Shown here piece after piece: positions 31,401 to 40,727 of a stretch of 64,000 nucleotides of DNA; within the stretch, counting starts at the first letter, position 1, and every line of letters starts with the position of its first letter. This DNA comes from Candidatus Bathyarchaeia archaeon (GTDB lineage: Archaea; Thermoproteota; Bathyarchaeia; Bathyarchaeales; Bathycorpusculaceae). The notes below the pieces were generated by a model that saw only the letters and a list, made by a program, of their open reading frames with translations, did no database searches and was not told the origin of the DNA. A program made the translations under genes and the position numbers. The DNA lies in the NCBI GenBank assembly GCA_049516875.1, contig JBEKSS010000006.1, positions 32,001 to 96,000 on the forward strand, given 5' to 3'.

Positions 31401-31488
31401 AACCGAGACAGAATGGCACGAGTCACAATTAGACGAAAAGAGAGTCTACATTGCAATCCGTGCGGAAAGCAGCAAGCAGTCGACATGA
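28432..31488 (+). CDS. ileS: Isoleucine--tRNA ligase (archaeal type)
   Basis: EGPP, HVGH, GWDCQGLPVE, WTTMPFT, WCISRER, KMSKS. Confidence 0.96.
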   Translation: MTAKFGTTSEKGLTADYRPLELEKEIREFWERNRVQQKLTLFKEKNNNGVLGYVEGPPTLNGIPHVGHARGRVMKDLRYRWKTMQGYYVPFWAGWDCQGLPVELEVEKLLGVKNKRELLEKVGMEHFIRECKKAIMKYHKEWVAVDSRLGVFMDHGKAYWTYKDEYIEREWQILKRAWDQGLLEEGYYVVAYCPGCQTSLSSAEVGYEGAYKVVEDPSLYFKFKLAGRRDEYFLVWTTMPFTLITDTMLAVHPEAEYAKVKVNEEKWILAKPRVQPVMQELGMEKYEMIETVMGKDLEGTGYDYPFKDIVPEQAELEKKHPLVHKVILEDFVDVNTATGVVHQSPGNGEEDFFAAQKRGVPIFAPFDDEVKFTKEAGVFNGKFARDTDAIVVEELRKRGLLVSAETLKHEYPTCWRSHHKLVWLARKEYFLRTDRISSKVLEAAERVNYFYESPRNRFISFLKEGKPWCISRERVWGAPLPVWKCEKCGTQTLVASKKELLAKAQEEPQADFELHKPWVDRITFKCEKCGGVMRREDFVLDAWHNSGASPYARFTDEEFKKYVPVDYLTEAMDQTRGWANTLLLEYVILTGKAEPPYRAFLFQGLTQDAQGRKMSKSLGNVIEANKALEKYSSDVFRFYVLRKCPPPDSNDFDPQELSRRPYQVLSTLYHLSRFFAQNSEFDGFDPEEHTLESAKRGKQLKSPDLWLLSRLQLTIETYTAKLESCEFNVALAALEDAVIEDLSRLYVPMVRKELWTDDPETLGRRLAVYSTLWYVLKTITLLFNPVTPCLSEALYQKVYRQLDSTLPETVNLEDWPKPDERLRDRATEEDFQTLFSTVSLVYSARQNAKLKRRWPLSKIVIVAPERVRRALKNVEDQLLELTNVKTVEYPETAPQYVAAEGWTSASEHDTQVFLDAHRDQKLLGEGLMRDLARRVQVLRKELGYMPTDVLDAVHIAELDQETIQLLQPYLQHMKELTRTKNIHLRIKREETETEWHESQLDEKRVYIAIRAESSKQST

Positions 31489-31728
31489 CTAGCGAAAGCT
31501 TCGAGTCTTCAAACCGCGCGGTTTATCTCACGGACAGGTCGGAAACTGCTGCCCAGACATGGCTCGTAGGGCCTCAGAATGTCGGTGTGAGGTCGTGTTT
31601 AGTGAACCAAGGCTGCATACGATACGCACGGAGGTTTGTAATGTTACAGAGTGGGAACATGCCTTTTAAAGCTCGCCTACGAGGAGTGAATTGGCGATGA
31701 AGTTCATTGGGCTTGGCGAGGGAGAAGC

Positions 31729-31848
31729 GTGGCTAGAAGAATTTTCTGCGACAAATGTGGACGCGAGTTGAAGTCTTCCGAGGTCGTTCAATTGCTGGAA
31801 TACGATTTGTGCACTGCATGCTGTAAGAAGGTTCTCGGAAGCAAATGA
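31729..31848 (+). CDS. 39-aa C4 zinc-finger microprotein (not in ORF track)
   Basis: MARRIFCDKCGRELKSSEVVQLLEYDLCTACCKKVLGSK; GAGGGAG SD upstream of GTG. Confidence 0.6.
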   Translation: MARRIFCDKCGRELKSSEVVQLLEYDLCTACCKKVLGSK

Positions 31849-32386
31849 TCCCAGAGACATGTAGACTTGCGTGCCTGTCCTAGCGCTTTCTCGTTAGACG
31901 CGGTCAATGTAGAATAGGTCCGCCGTGACATAGTTTGTTTGCGAGTGTAGAAAAGGGCGGCTGACTAGAACATTGTTTCATAAATTATTTATGAGAGGAA
32001 GAGGCAAAATATCATTCTGTAATGTAGAGAATGGCAGAGTGTTCATCAGTAGCGGGAAAGGAGAGAAGGGACTAAAAGACCCGAGCTTCGCATACCACTC
32101 TCACATAATATCAATGAAATGTGCTACTATTAAAGTTTGACGGAAAACTTCAAATATGAATGATTCTGTCCACGTCTCAATCCATTGAAGTTGAAAAGCT
32201 TGCTGACGTTTTCACGGAAGCTGCCGGTTAAATGATATAGCATGGCCTTAAAGAGCATCAAAGTTTCTTAACATTAGACGAGTATACGCAGCTATCTCGC
32301 CTCAACCTTGGAATACATTCCTTGAGAAACTGCAACCGAAAGCTCTATATCGTTTCCTAGTCGAGGTTCTTTTCCTATAGAAAGTC

Positions 32387-32461
32387 GGGCCGGTAGTTCA
32401 GCTTGGTATGAACGCCGCATTCGCAATGCGGAAGTCGTGGGTCCAAATCCCGCCCGGTCCA
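32387..32461 (+). tRNA. tRNA-Ala (anticodon CGC)
   Basis: Acceptor GGGCCGG/CCGGTCC with G3:U70; anticodon arm CCGCA-TTCGCAA-TGCGG; no intron; CCA not encoded. Confidence 0.95.
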
Positions 32462-32498
32462 CTCCCATTTTTGGGTTCAAGTCTAACAAATCAGCCCC

Positions 32499-32992
32499 CT
32501 AGCAAAGCTGCGGTTTCAGTGTAGGAATACGCAACTCGATAGCGGCTACCATGGCCCCTAGTAAGTCACGGCAACTGGTCCTTTCTCTATAAATTATCCA
32601 TGCCACCGGGATGATGATAACTGACATCAAGGAAATCAATGTTTGAGGAATGCCTGCTTGAGTGTAGGTTGCGGTGACCATGAAAAACGCCTTGTCTGCG
32701 AACGGTCCGAAAGCGCGGGCGTTTCGTTACTAGGAAGACGTAGACGACTGCGGTAAGTAGCCGGCCCAGAAAAGAAGTCAGAAACTTTACGCGAAACAGA
32801 TAATTGATACGACAGGAAGGATGAAGCCAAATCTCACGCAACAGAAAACGATGGTTCAACATCAAAGTGGCTGCCAATCTTGAGGAAACATGCAAGCTGT
32901 GGAGGCAGGTTATGCGTATGTCACTGATATGGACGGCCAAAAACTATTCAGAAAACGAAAGTAGAAACAACATGGACACGGATGGAGCCATG
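32499..32992 (-). pseudogene. Degraded EamA/DMT transporter
   Basis: Frameshifted hydrophobic pieces ending TQAGIPQTLISLMSVIIIPVAWIIYRERTS..LLGAMVA, typical of EamA C-termini. Confidence 0.65.
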
Positions 32993-33135
32993 AAAACCGC
33001 ACCTTATCGTAAAATTCCGTACCTTATTCTCAATAAGTACGGATAGCTCTTCACATGGATATGTTTTGAGGATTCGCTACGTTTATTTATCAAGGACGGG
33101 TACTTACTAGCTCAAGAAGAAGCGGAGAGACAGGA

Positions 33136-33696
33136 ATGTCTAAGAAGATGCCATCGAAAGACGAGGCATTGGAAGCACTGGACTTCATAGTTAGCGTTCT
33201 GAAGGAACATGAAAAGGACCTGGATCGCTTGATAAACGAGCTTGGAAGCGTGACTGAGAAGATGGGCGACACTGGGGAATTGAGCGGTAAGGTGGAAAGA
33301 GTTGAGGAACGACTAAGTACGCTGCAGAACGAGATAACGAACCTCATAACGTACCTTTCAGCCCCACATGAGGCGTCGCCTGCATCGTCACCGCAGCCAG
33401 TGCCTGTCGCTCAGAAGAGCGAGGGCTTGCAGGTCAGGGAGACACGTGGGCCCCCTGTTATCCTTCGTTGCAAGCAATGGGAAGACTTTCAAGCAATGGC
33501 CGCGGAGGCTCAGACACTGTCTTTCATGTACCGAGAGGCTGAAAAAACGTTCCAAGTCGATGCGGTGAAAGACAGCCAGATCATGACCTACAGCGGCGAA
33601 CTGCCGAAATACAACTCGCTACTAAAGGCATGGCTCTGCAAACAATTGAACGTTCCGGAGAAAAAAGCTCTAGAAGGCGTCTTGGCTATAGGCTAA
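33136..33696 (+). CDS. Hypothetical coiled-coil protein
   Basis: N-terminal heptad repeats, Pro/Ser linker, globular C-terminus; SD present. Confidence 0.8.
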   Translation: MSKKMPSKDEALEALDFIVSVLKEHEKDLDRLINELGSVTEKMGDTGELSGKVERVEERLSTLQNEITNLITYLSAPHEASPASSPQPVPVAQKSEGLQVRETRGPPVILRCKQWEDFQAMAAEAQTLSFMYREAEKTFQVDAVKDSQIMTYSGELPKYNSLLKAWLCKQLNVPEKKALEGVLAIG

Positions 33697-33771
33697 TGTC
33701 ATCCCTTGAACGTTTGTAGCTGACTGTGATGCAGTAACCTTTTTATAATCGACTTGTATCTTAAGTCTTAA

Positions 33772-33919
33772 GACGGTATGAAGGGGCGCGAGGTTGAAGG
33801 TTAACCACATCTTGCCAAAAATGTCTTTTTTCCGTTTTTCGAAGCCTTCTCCTTTCTCCTCAATAACGGAAAATGGCTGTGTGGCTACCCAAAAAACGAT
33901 GAAAGCCCTCCATCTCGTC
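33772..33919 (+). ncRNA. Candidate structured RNA or long 5' leader
   Basis: Four nested helices found by hand; TATA-like TTTTATAA about 30 nt upstream. Confidence 0.5.
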
Positions 33920-33945
33920 CATGAGTTTTTCCCAAGGTGAAATCA

Positions 33946-34092
33946 ATGAAGGGGAACACTCTAATCCCACAGAAACTTCATGAGGAATTCACAGACTTCC
34001 AGAAGACGATGGAGGAACTGTATCTTCTGAAACGCGTGGCTGCAGACTTAAAAAGCTACAGAAGAATGATTCACCTGAAACGCTACGACTAA
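33946..34092 (+). CDS. 48-aa hypothetical microprotein (not in ORF track)
   Basis: AAGGTGA SD; MKGNTLIPQKLHEEFTDFQKTMEELYLLKRVAADLKSYRRMIHLKRYD. Confidence 0.6.
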   Translation: MKGNTLIPQKLHEEFTDFQKTMEELYLLKRVAADLKSYRRMIHLKRYD

Positions 34093-34265
34093 TAGGCACC
34101 ACAACATAGCAGCACCTTGTATTCGACTTGTTGAGGACATTGTTCAAACCGAAAAGCGCCGAGTCTCTGAGGATATGGTTTTTGCACCAAGGAAGGCCAA
34201 ACCCTGGACGGTATGCTTAAAATATCGGTTTCAAAATTCTGATAAACGCCTACAGAGGGTTATCA

Positions 34266-35687
34266 GTGGACGGCGCTGCGAATTTCTCCGGAAAGGAAGA
34301 AATCCTCAAGTTGATTTCAAACAACAACGTAAGAATCCTCAACCTTTGCCATGTTCCCGAAGACGGAAGATTGAAGACCCTGAGTTTCTCAATCGCAAAC
34401 AGAGATAGAGTCAACGAGATTTTAGATTTCGGTGAAAGAGTTGACGGTTCAAGTCTGTTCTCGTTTGTGGAGCCTGGCAAAAGCGATATCTACATAATGC
34501 CCGGCACGGATAGAGCTTTTGTTGATCCATTTTCAACCTTGCCCGCAGTAAACATCATGTGCGACTATTTGGGTGAAAACGGGAAACCCTTGGATATAGC
34601 TCCGAAAACTGTTTTGGTGCGGGCTGAAGAACAGCTGAGTTCTTCAGCACATATCACTCTGAAAGCCCTGGTCGAGCTTGAGTTCTACATAATTGCGAAA
34701 CAGCAGACTGAAGTTCTTTTTCCAGCATGGTCGGACAAGAACTATCATGAATCTGCGCCCTTCGCCAAGTTTCAGGACTTGAGGAATGAAGTTTTAGCGA
34801 CTTTAGACCTTGTGGGCATACCCACAAAATACGCGCATGGAGAAGTCGGTCTAGCTTATGACAAGAACGACACCCTTATGGAACAGCATGAAATAGAGTT
34901 CAAACCACAGAATCTTACCAAGATGGCGGAAACATTAGCGATTGCAAAGTGGGTTATCAGAAACGTTTGCTCCAGACACGGGGTATCTGTCTCTTTCATC
35001 CCCAAGATTGACTTGAACCACGCTGGAACAGGGATGCACATACACGTGTGTGGGCTTAAGAACGGCAACAACGTGGTTTCCAATCCTGACGGAACTCTGA
35101 GCCTTGAAGCGTTGAAGATCATAGGAGGCTTATTGAAGCTCGCACCAAGTCTTGCGGCCTTTGGAAATCCCACGCCGGTATCATACCTGCGGTTCATTGC
35201 ACGCAAAGAATCACCGATGCACATCTGCTGGAGCGCCCGAAACCGTCTGGCTCTAATACGCATACCATTGTGGTGGAGCTTCAAGAAAGCAAGCGAAAAA
35301 GCAGAGAGCTGCAGAGAAACCTTCGAATACAGGGCCCCAGACGCCTTTGCCAATGCTTACCTCCTCTTTGCTGGACTGACCGTGGCAGCGGGTTATGGGC
35401 TGAAGAACTCGAAAGAATCGCTGAAGCTTGCTGAAGACTTGCACATTGAAGCAGCTGAAAACGAAGGCAAGAATCTTGAGGTCTTGCCACGCTCATGCAG
35501 CGAAGCAGTCGAAAATCTTGAGAGAGACAGGCATTATTATGAAGCAACCGGGGTCTTCCCAAAGAGACTCATCGACGAAACTGTGAGAAAACTGAGAGCT
35601 TTCGAAGATAAGAACATTTGGAAAGAGTTGTCCAGCAACCCAGAGAAAATAGAAAAGACAATAATGGAATACATTCACTACGGCTAG
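34266..35687 (+). CDS. Glutamine synthetase-family protein (divergent)
   Basis: VDGSS, ELEFY, EQHEIE, GTGMHIH, RNRLALIRIP, EYRAPD. Confidence 0.9.
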   Translation: MDGAANFSGKEEILKLISNNNVRILNLCHVPEDGRLKTLSFSIANRDRVNEILDFGERVDGSSLFSFVEPGKSDIYIMPGTDRAFVDPFSTLPAVNIMCDYLGENGKPLDIAPKTVLVRAEEQLSSSAHITLKALVELEFYIIAKQQTEVLFPAWSDKNYHESAPFAKFQDLRNEVLATLDLVGIPTKYAHGEVGLAYDKNDTLMEQHEIEFKPQNLTKMAETLAIAKWVIRNVCSRHGVSVSFIPKIDLNHAGTGMHIHVCGLKNGNNVVSNPDGTLSLEALKIIGGLLKLAPSLAAFGNPTPVSYLRFIARKESPMHICWSARNRLALIRIPLWWSFKKASEKAESCRETFEYRAPDAFANAYLLFAGLTVAAGYGLKNSKESLKLAEDLHIEAAENEGKNLEVLPRSCSEAVENLERDRHYYEATGVFPKRLIDETVRKLRAFEDKNIWKELSSNPEKIEKTIMEYIHYG

Positions 35688-35776
35688 TTCAGACGCGCAC
35701 AACTATCTACAGAATCAAAACGAAACCGTAAGCTCTAAATCTCTTAATGAACGTTCTCTTCAGAGAGAAGGCTAGT

Positions 35777-35854
35777 GGGCCCGTGGCTCAGTCAGGCTAG
35801 AGCGGCGGACTCTTAATCCGTAGGTCGCGGGTTCAATTCCCGTCGGGCCCGCCA
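35777..35854 (+). tRNA. tRNA-Lys (anticodon CTT)
   Basis: GGGCCCG/CGGGCCC acceptor; loop CTCTTAA; GGTTCAATTCC T arm; encoded CCA. Confidence 0.96.
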
Positions 35855-36002
35855 GACCCTTTTTGGAAAAGAGACTTCAAAGAGAAACTGAGGGTTCCAG
35901 CGTTTGGGCATTTTGTTTGTTGGCGATATTGAGGACGCGAAAACCATAAATGCCTTCACCTTGGTCTAATACAACATCGCTGTGTCAAACCATGTGAAAG
36001 AG

Positions 36003-36662
36003 ATGAGCGGTTTGGTTAAAGTGATATGGCACGGTCATGCGTGCTTCGAACTGCAGGGAGAAGGCGTCACAATAGTGACTGATCCTTTTAAGGGAATTGG
36101 TATTCCGGAGCCTAAAGCGGCTGCTGACATCGTGCTTTGTTCCCATAGCCACCAAGATCACAACAACGTCAAACCGGTCTTGGGGAAAGAGGGACAGATG
36201 CTGGAAAGTTTCGTAGGCTCCAAAAAAGTGAAAGGAGTGTCCATGAAAGGCGTTGCTGCTTTTCATGATGAAACGAAGGGTTCCAAACGCGGGAAAAATA
36301 GCATCTACACCTTCAGCTTGGATGGCGTACAGTTCTGCCACCTCGGAGACTTGGGACACGAGTTATCCTCTGCAACTGTTGAGGAGATAGGAAAGGTCGA
36401 TGTATTGTTTGTCCCTGTGGGAGGATACTTCACCATAGGACCCGAAACTGCCACCAATGTCTGCGAAAAGTTGAAGCCCAAGATAATATTTCCCATGCAC
36501 TATCGGATGCCAAGGCTTCCCTCTATGTTTGACCTGTTGAAGACGGTTGATGATTTCTTGGAGGGAAAGAAAAACATAGAGAGGAATAAAGGGCCTGTCG
36601 TGAACATCGAAGAGCATAAATTGCCTAAGGAAACAAAGATAATTGTTCTGTCCCTAGAATAG
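36003..36662 (+). CDS. MBL-fold metallohydrolase
   Basis: WHGHACF, SHSHQDH, HLGDLG, PMHY. Confidence 0.9.
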   Translation: MSGLVKVIWHGHACFELQGEGVTIVTDPFKGIGIPEPKAAADIVLCSHSHQDHNNVKPVLGKEGQMLESFVGSKKVKGVSMKGVAAFHDETKGSKRGKNSIYTFSLDGVQFCHLGDLGHELSSATVEEIGKVDVLFVPVGGYFTIGPETATNVCEKLKPKIIFPMHYRMPRLPSMFDLLKTVDDFLEGKKNIERNKGPVVNIEEHKLPKETKIIVLSLE

Positions 36663-36764
36663 TCGAGCCCTTCGTTATCTTACAACCTGCGCCGCTTAGG
36701 GTTGCTTGATCATGACCGAGTGGACAAACGATTCGGAAAAAAACGAGCGCTGCTAAGCCGAGGC

Positions 36765-37799
36765 TCACAGTTTGTCTCTTGCTGCTTTCACCGCTTTCAC
36801 TGTCCTAGCTAGGAGAAGCTGTGCCGCCTCCTGTGTGGGCCATCCTCCCAGGCCGCAGTCGGGCCCTGTGAATGTCATCCTGTCTCCGTACTTGTCTTTG
36901 GCGGTTTCAAACCTTTTTCGTATGATTCTCTCGTCTTCGACCATTTGCTCGGCGTTTGGTTTCGTTATTCCCTTGTCATAAAGCTCTGCCATGATTGAGT
37001 TTATGTCTGTCCTGGATACACCTACTCGTATCTGCTTGTCTGCTTGATCAAGCATGTTTTTTGACACGCTGTCAATGTTTTTCGGGGATGCCGCATATTC
37101 AATTGATAGGACATCGATGTTCCTGACGTTGAGCAGATCGGTGATCTTGGATGGTGAATGAAGGTGAATCTGTCTTGTTGCGCCATCGAAGTTGAAGGCT
37201 GTTTCCAGAGCACTTTGAATTACTTCTTTGTCTGTGAAGATGTCTTGAAAGCCAAAACTCGGCTCGTCCAAAGAGACAGCGACTGTCTGGACGTATTTTG
37301 AGTTTAAGGTCGAGTTTTTCGCAAACCGCTTAACGTTCTCTGCGAACATTTGGAGGATGTCCTCGTGGACGACAGACCCGATTTCCTTCAAGTATAGCTC
37401 GACTGGTCCCATCATACACACCCTGAGCCGCACCTTTTCTCCTGTTTCTTCGTAGAGTCTTTTGGCTTCACAGCCGATGACATACACCTCCGGCAGTACT
37501 GCGCGTTCTGTGTTGATCAAGTATGTTCCTTCATTCATCGAATCTCTGAGAGGGTCTGCCAACTGTCTGTGCATATCGTAATGCTGTGGATAGTTAACGA
37601 TATCGAGTCCTGCCTCGACTTTTTTCATGAAAGAGCCTATCACTACTTGATTGAAATTGTTCAACAAGAATTCGTCCTTGCCAAGGTGTTTTCCCTCGAT
37701 TATTGCTTTTCTTGCAACGCGATATGCCTCTTCAAACACTTTACTATCGGTATACGCAGGCAGGGGAAAACTACCGACATCATCAACAAGGGTTGCCAT
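36765..37799 (-). CDS. Core (single-barrel MetE-like) methionine synthase family protein
   Basis: DDVGSFP, GPVEL, LDEPS, GPDCGL. Confidence 0.8.
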   Translation of the reverse strand: MATLVDDVGSFPLPAYTDSKVFEEAYRVARKAIIEGKHLGKDEFLLNNFNQVVIGSFMKKVEAGLDIVNYPQHYDMHRQLADPLRDSMNEGTYLINTERAVLPEVYVIGCEAKRLYEETGEKVRLRVCMMGPVELYLKEIGSVVHEDILQMFAENVKRFAKNSTLNSKYVQTVAVSLDEPSFGFQDIFTDKEVIQSALETAFNFDGATRQIHLHSPSKITDLLNVRNIDVLSIEYAASPKNIDSVSKNMLDQADKQIRVGVSRTDINSIMAELYDKGITKPNAEQMVEDERIIRKRFETAKDKYGDRMTFTGPDCGLGGWPTQEAAQLLLARTVKAVKAARDKL

Positions 37800-37897
37800 A
37801 AAAACATGTTAAAACGCCAAGCGATTTAAAGCTATTTTGACGCGCGCTTGAACAAAAAAGGCAGGTTAGACATTGGTAGCGCTCTTGCTTGATCCGG

Positions 37898-38506
37898 CTA
37901 ACTGATGAATTCTGCTTTTATCAACGTCACGTTCGTCAATGGTTTGCCATCATTCGCGGGATAAATAGGCACTTTGCTAATTGCGACAACGACGTCCATG
38001 CCTGCCACTACCTTGCCGAAAACCGAGTAATTGCTGTCCAAGACGGCAGGGTTCGTGTCCTTCAAGTTTATGAAAAACTGGCTCGTAGCAGAGTTGGCTG
38101 CGACCGATCCATCGGGGTTACTTGCTTTCGCCATGGCCACGTATCCCGCCAAGTTGCTGTGCTTGTTGGGGAGCTCATCCTGAATCGTGGGCACTGTTAT
38201 TCCCTTTGACGTGACGTCTCCGCCTTGGATCACGAAACCCGGAACAACTCGATGAAAGATTGTTCCGTCGTATGCGCCTATTTTTGTGAGGTTTTTGAAG
38301 TTCGCCGTTGTGATAGGCATGTCACCATACAGCTCAATCGTTATGTTTCCCATACTTGTCACGAGGAGAACCGTGTTTGACTCCGTGTCCGCTGGCTTGC
38401 CACTATTCATCTGATAGGCCACGACCGCACTGATGATAACCATCAGGACGATTATGGCTATTATTGCATTTCTGACGTTATGAGACTTCTTACGCCTGTG
38501 CCGCAT
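37898..38506 (-). CDS. Membrane-anchored cyclophilin-type peptidyl-prolyl isomerase
   Basis: Basic N-terminus plus TM; FHRVVPGFVIQGGD, SQFFIN, YSVFGKV. Confidence 0.93.
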   Translation of the reverse strand: MRHRRKKSHNVRNAIIAIIVLMVIISAVVAYQMNSGKPADTESNTVLLVTSMGNITIELYGDMPITTANFKNLTKIGAYDGTIFHRVVPGFVIQGGDVTSKGITVPTIQDELPNKHSNLAGYVAMAKASNPDGSVAANSATSQFFINLKDTNPAVLDSNYSVFGKVVAGMDVVVAISKVPIYPANDGKPLTNVTLIKAEFIS

Positions 38507-38589
38507 GGTAGAACCTTAGACACAAGAACATATAAACATTAGATCCCAAAAAGGGCCGAAACAACAATTGAAACACCTGCAAAAACAGG

Positions 38590-38687
38590 GGTTCTGGCTG
38601 TGTGTTGAGCAAGCTGACTAGGTGGGCGACGTTCTTCAAGTCAGCCTTTCCATCATAATTCCCTGGTACCCTGCTGGAAACGTCCGC
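38590..38687 (-). pseudogene. Isolated dockerin-like fragment
   Basis: ADVSSRVPGNYDGKADLKNVAHLVSLLNTQP aligns with GDVSGTTPGVYDGITNMKDIAYLVSVFNTKP of the 59941 gene. Confidence 0.6.
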
Positions 38688-39106
38688 GTGCGTATAGGCT
38701 TCTTTCTGAACAAGAGTGTCCCCTGCCTTCATGAGCTAGCGAGCCGCCCAATCGTCAGGGTTTTTGTATTCAGTTCTTGGCCCTTCCTGCCACAATGCAT
38801 CAAACAATTCAAGAAATTTCTTTCTTGGAAGTGGCTTGATCATCTTAAGACATCACTTGCAACATTCTGGAGCAGTATTACCATATATACCCGATTTCGA
38901 ATGTTACAATATATCAAAAAACGATATGTGCTATTGAATACATATGCTGCACGTTCTGGTGCAAAACGGTTTCCCAAGATTTTGAGCGCAGAGCGAGGGT
39001 TCTATGATACATGCGGAAAGAAATATACCTTGAGCCGGGTTTCTTGCTGCAAGAAGCAATATATCTTGGGAGCTGCCCTATCACAACTTGAAGACTGGGT
39101 TCAACC

Positions 39107-39421
39107 GTGGGATTCTGGGGAAAAGTCGCCTTGTTTCTGATGCTGCTGTCGGCTGTCGACTTTTTTGTCGCTCTGTTTTTGCACGTACGCTTCACAGACG
39201 TGATGTTCATGGAGGGGATATTGATCTTCGCGTTTGGAGCGGTCATCGCTTCGGGAATCGGAAACCTTCGCAGAGAGACATGGACAACGTTGAAAACGGA
39301 TCCCCAAGGTCACACAGAATACTTGGAGGATCAACGTTCAAAAGAAGATAGAGACGGAATCATACTAATGATCGTAGGTGCGATTATCATAAGCTTGTCC
39401 ATCGCCGCAGCTCTATGGTAG
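39107..39421 (+). CDS. Small 3-TM membrane protein
   Basis: Three hydrophobic helices. Confidence 0.7.
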   Translation: MGFWGKVALFLMLLSAVDFFVALFLHVRFTDVMFMEGILIFAFGAVIASGIGNLRRETWTTLKTDPQGHTEYLEDQRSKEDRDGIILMIVGAIIISLSIAAALW

Positions 39422-39647
39422 AGAGCCAGCGCGCTGAAAGCAGTCACAATTCTTCGGCAACGGCAACGAGCGCGGTAGAGGAAATGAAGCTCGCGGAAGG
39501 TGGGCTTGAATATGCATACACAGCTCAAGAAGCTATGACGCTGTTCAAGAAAGGAAAGTAAAATGAACGGAACTTCGTGTTGATAATGAAAAACACAGAG
39601 TAACAAATATAAGCAAGAATTGTCCCATGGAACTCGATCGGTGTATC

Positions 39648-40625
39648 ATGATGAGTATCTGGAAGCTTCGTTTGTCTATGGCTGGGACGCTTGCCCTAAT
39701 ACTGGGTTTGTCAACACTGTTCTTCACGGTCATTCTGAGTCTGACCGGAGCTTTTGATTCTGGAAATCTTGGGTTCTTGATGCTAGGTGTTCTGGTTGCA
39801 GGGTTTAACGTTGTCCAGTGGCTTGTTTCACCCTACATAATCGATGCTCTGTACCACGTGCGTGCGATGTCTGCAACTGAGGAGCCGAAGCTTCATGAGG
39901 TTGTTGATGACCTCAGCAGGAAGAGTAACATTAGCAAGCCTAGGCTTATGCTTGCGCAAATCCCGATACCAAACGCTTTTGCCTACGGTTCGCCAATAGC
40001 TGGAACTCGCATAGCCGTTACGAGTGGGCTTTTGAAAACGTTGGACCAAGGTGAGGTTGAAGCTGTCGTCGGACATGAACTTGGACACCTAAGACACAGG
40101 GACGTGCAGATCATGATGTTCGTTTCATTGTTGCCTGCAGTGGCCTACTTCATAGGTTACTCCCTCATGCTTTCAGGCATGTTCGGAGGAAACCAAAAGA
40201 ATCAAAGCAGCGGCGCAGTGATAGGCATAGTCTTCATGGCTTTTTCATTTATAATGAACCTGTTCATACTTAATCTCAGCAGGCTACGCGAATACTACGC
40301 TGACAGACACAGCGCGTCAATTGTCGACGGCGGCTCAGAGAAACTCTCGACAGGACTGGCAAAAATAGTAAGTGCAAGCAAGAACATGGGAAGGATGAAA
40401 CAGCAAACAAAGAACCTGAACGGCTTCAAAGCGCTGTTCATCACCGACCCTGACCGCGCAAACGTTGATTCTGCTGAATTATCCGCTATGTCAGTCGGAG
40501 ACAAGCAAAAGCTAGTTCAAGAGATAATGTCAAAGAAGCTGACAACTGGCGATCGGATCCTTGAGATCCTCTCAACACACCCCAACATAGTCAAGCGACT
40601 GAAAGCCTTACAAGAGCTGGCCTAA
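39648..40625 (+). CDS. htpX: Zinc metalloprotease HtpX (M48)
   Basis: PNAFAYG, HELGH, SRLREYYAD, STHP. Confidence 0.95.
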   Translation: MMSIWKLRLSMAGTLALILGLSTLFFTVILSLTGAFDSGNLGFLMLGVLVAGFNVVQWLVSPYIIDALYHVRAMSATEEPKLHEVVDDLSRKSNISKPRLMLAQIPIPNAFAYGSPIAGTRIAVTSGLLKTLDQGEVEAVVGHELGHLRHRDVQIMMFVSLLPAVAYFIGYSLMLSGMFGGNQKNQSSGAVIGIVFMAFSFIMNLFILNLSRLREYYADRHSASIVDGGSEKLSTGLAKIVSASKNMGRMKQQTKNLNGFKALFITDPDRANVDSAELSAMSVGDKQKLVQEIMSKKLTTGDRILEILSTHPNIVKRLKALQELA

Positions 40626-40727
40626 CAGCCTAGATATTTCTCCAATTCTTGCCTTTCTCTCCTTTTTGTTACAGCAAAAGTTAAAGGTCACAGGCCAGCC
40701 TACTTGCACTCAACAGGCGTGATCTCC

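Noticed and set aside
38622-39246. ORFs 38622-39140 and 38914-39246
   Set aside because: No recognisable domains; the region is better explained as remnants plus the 39107 membrane gene
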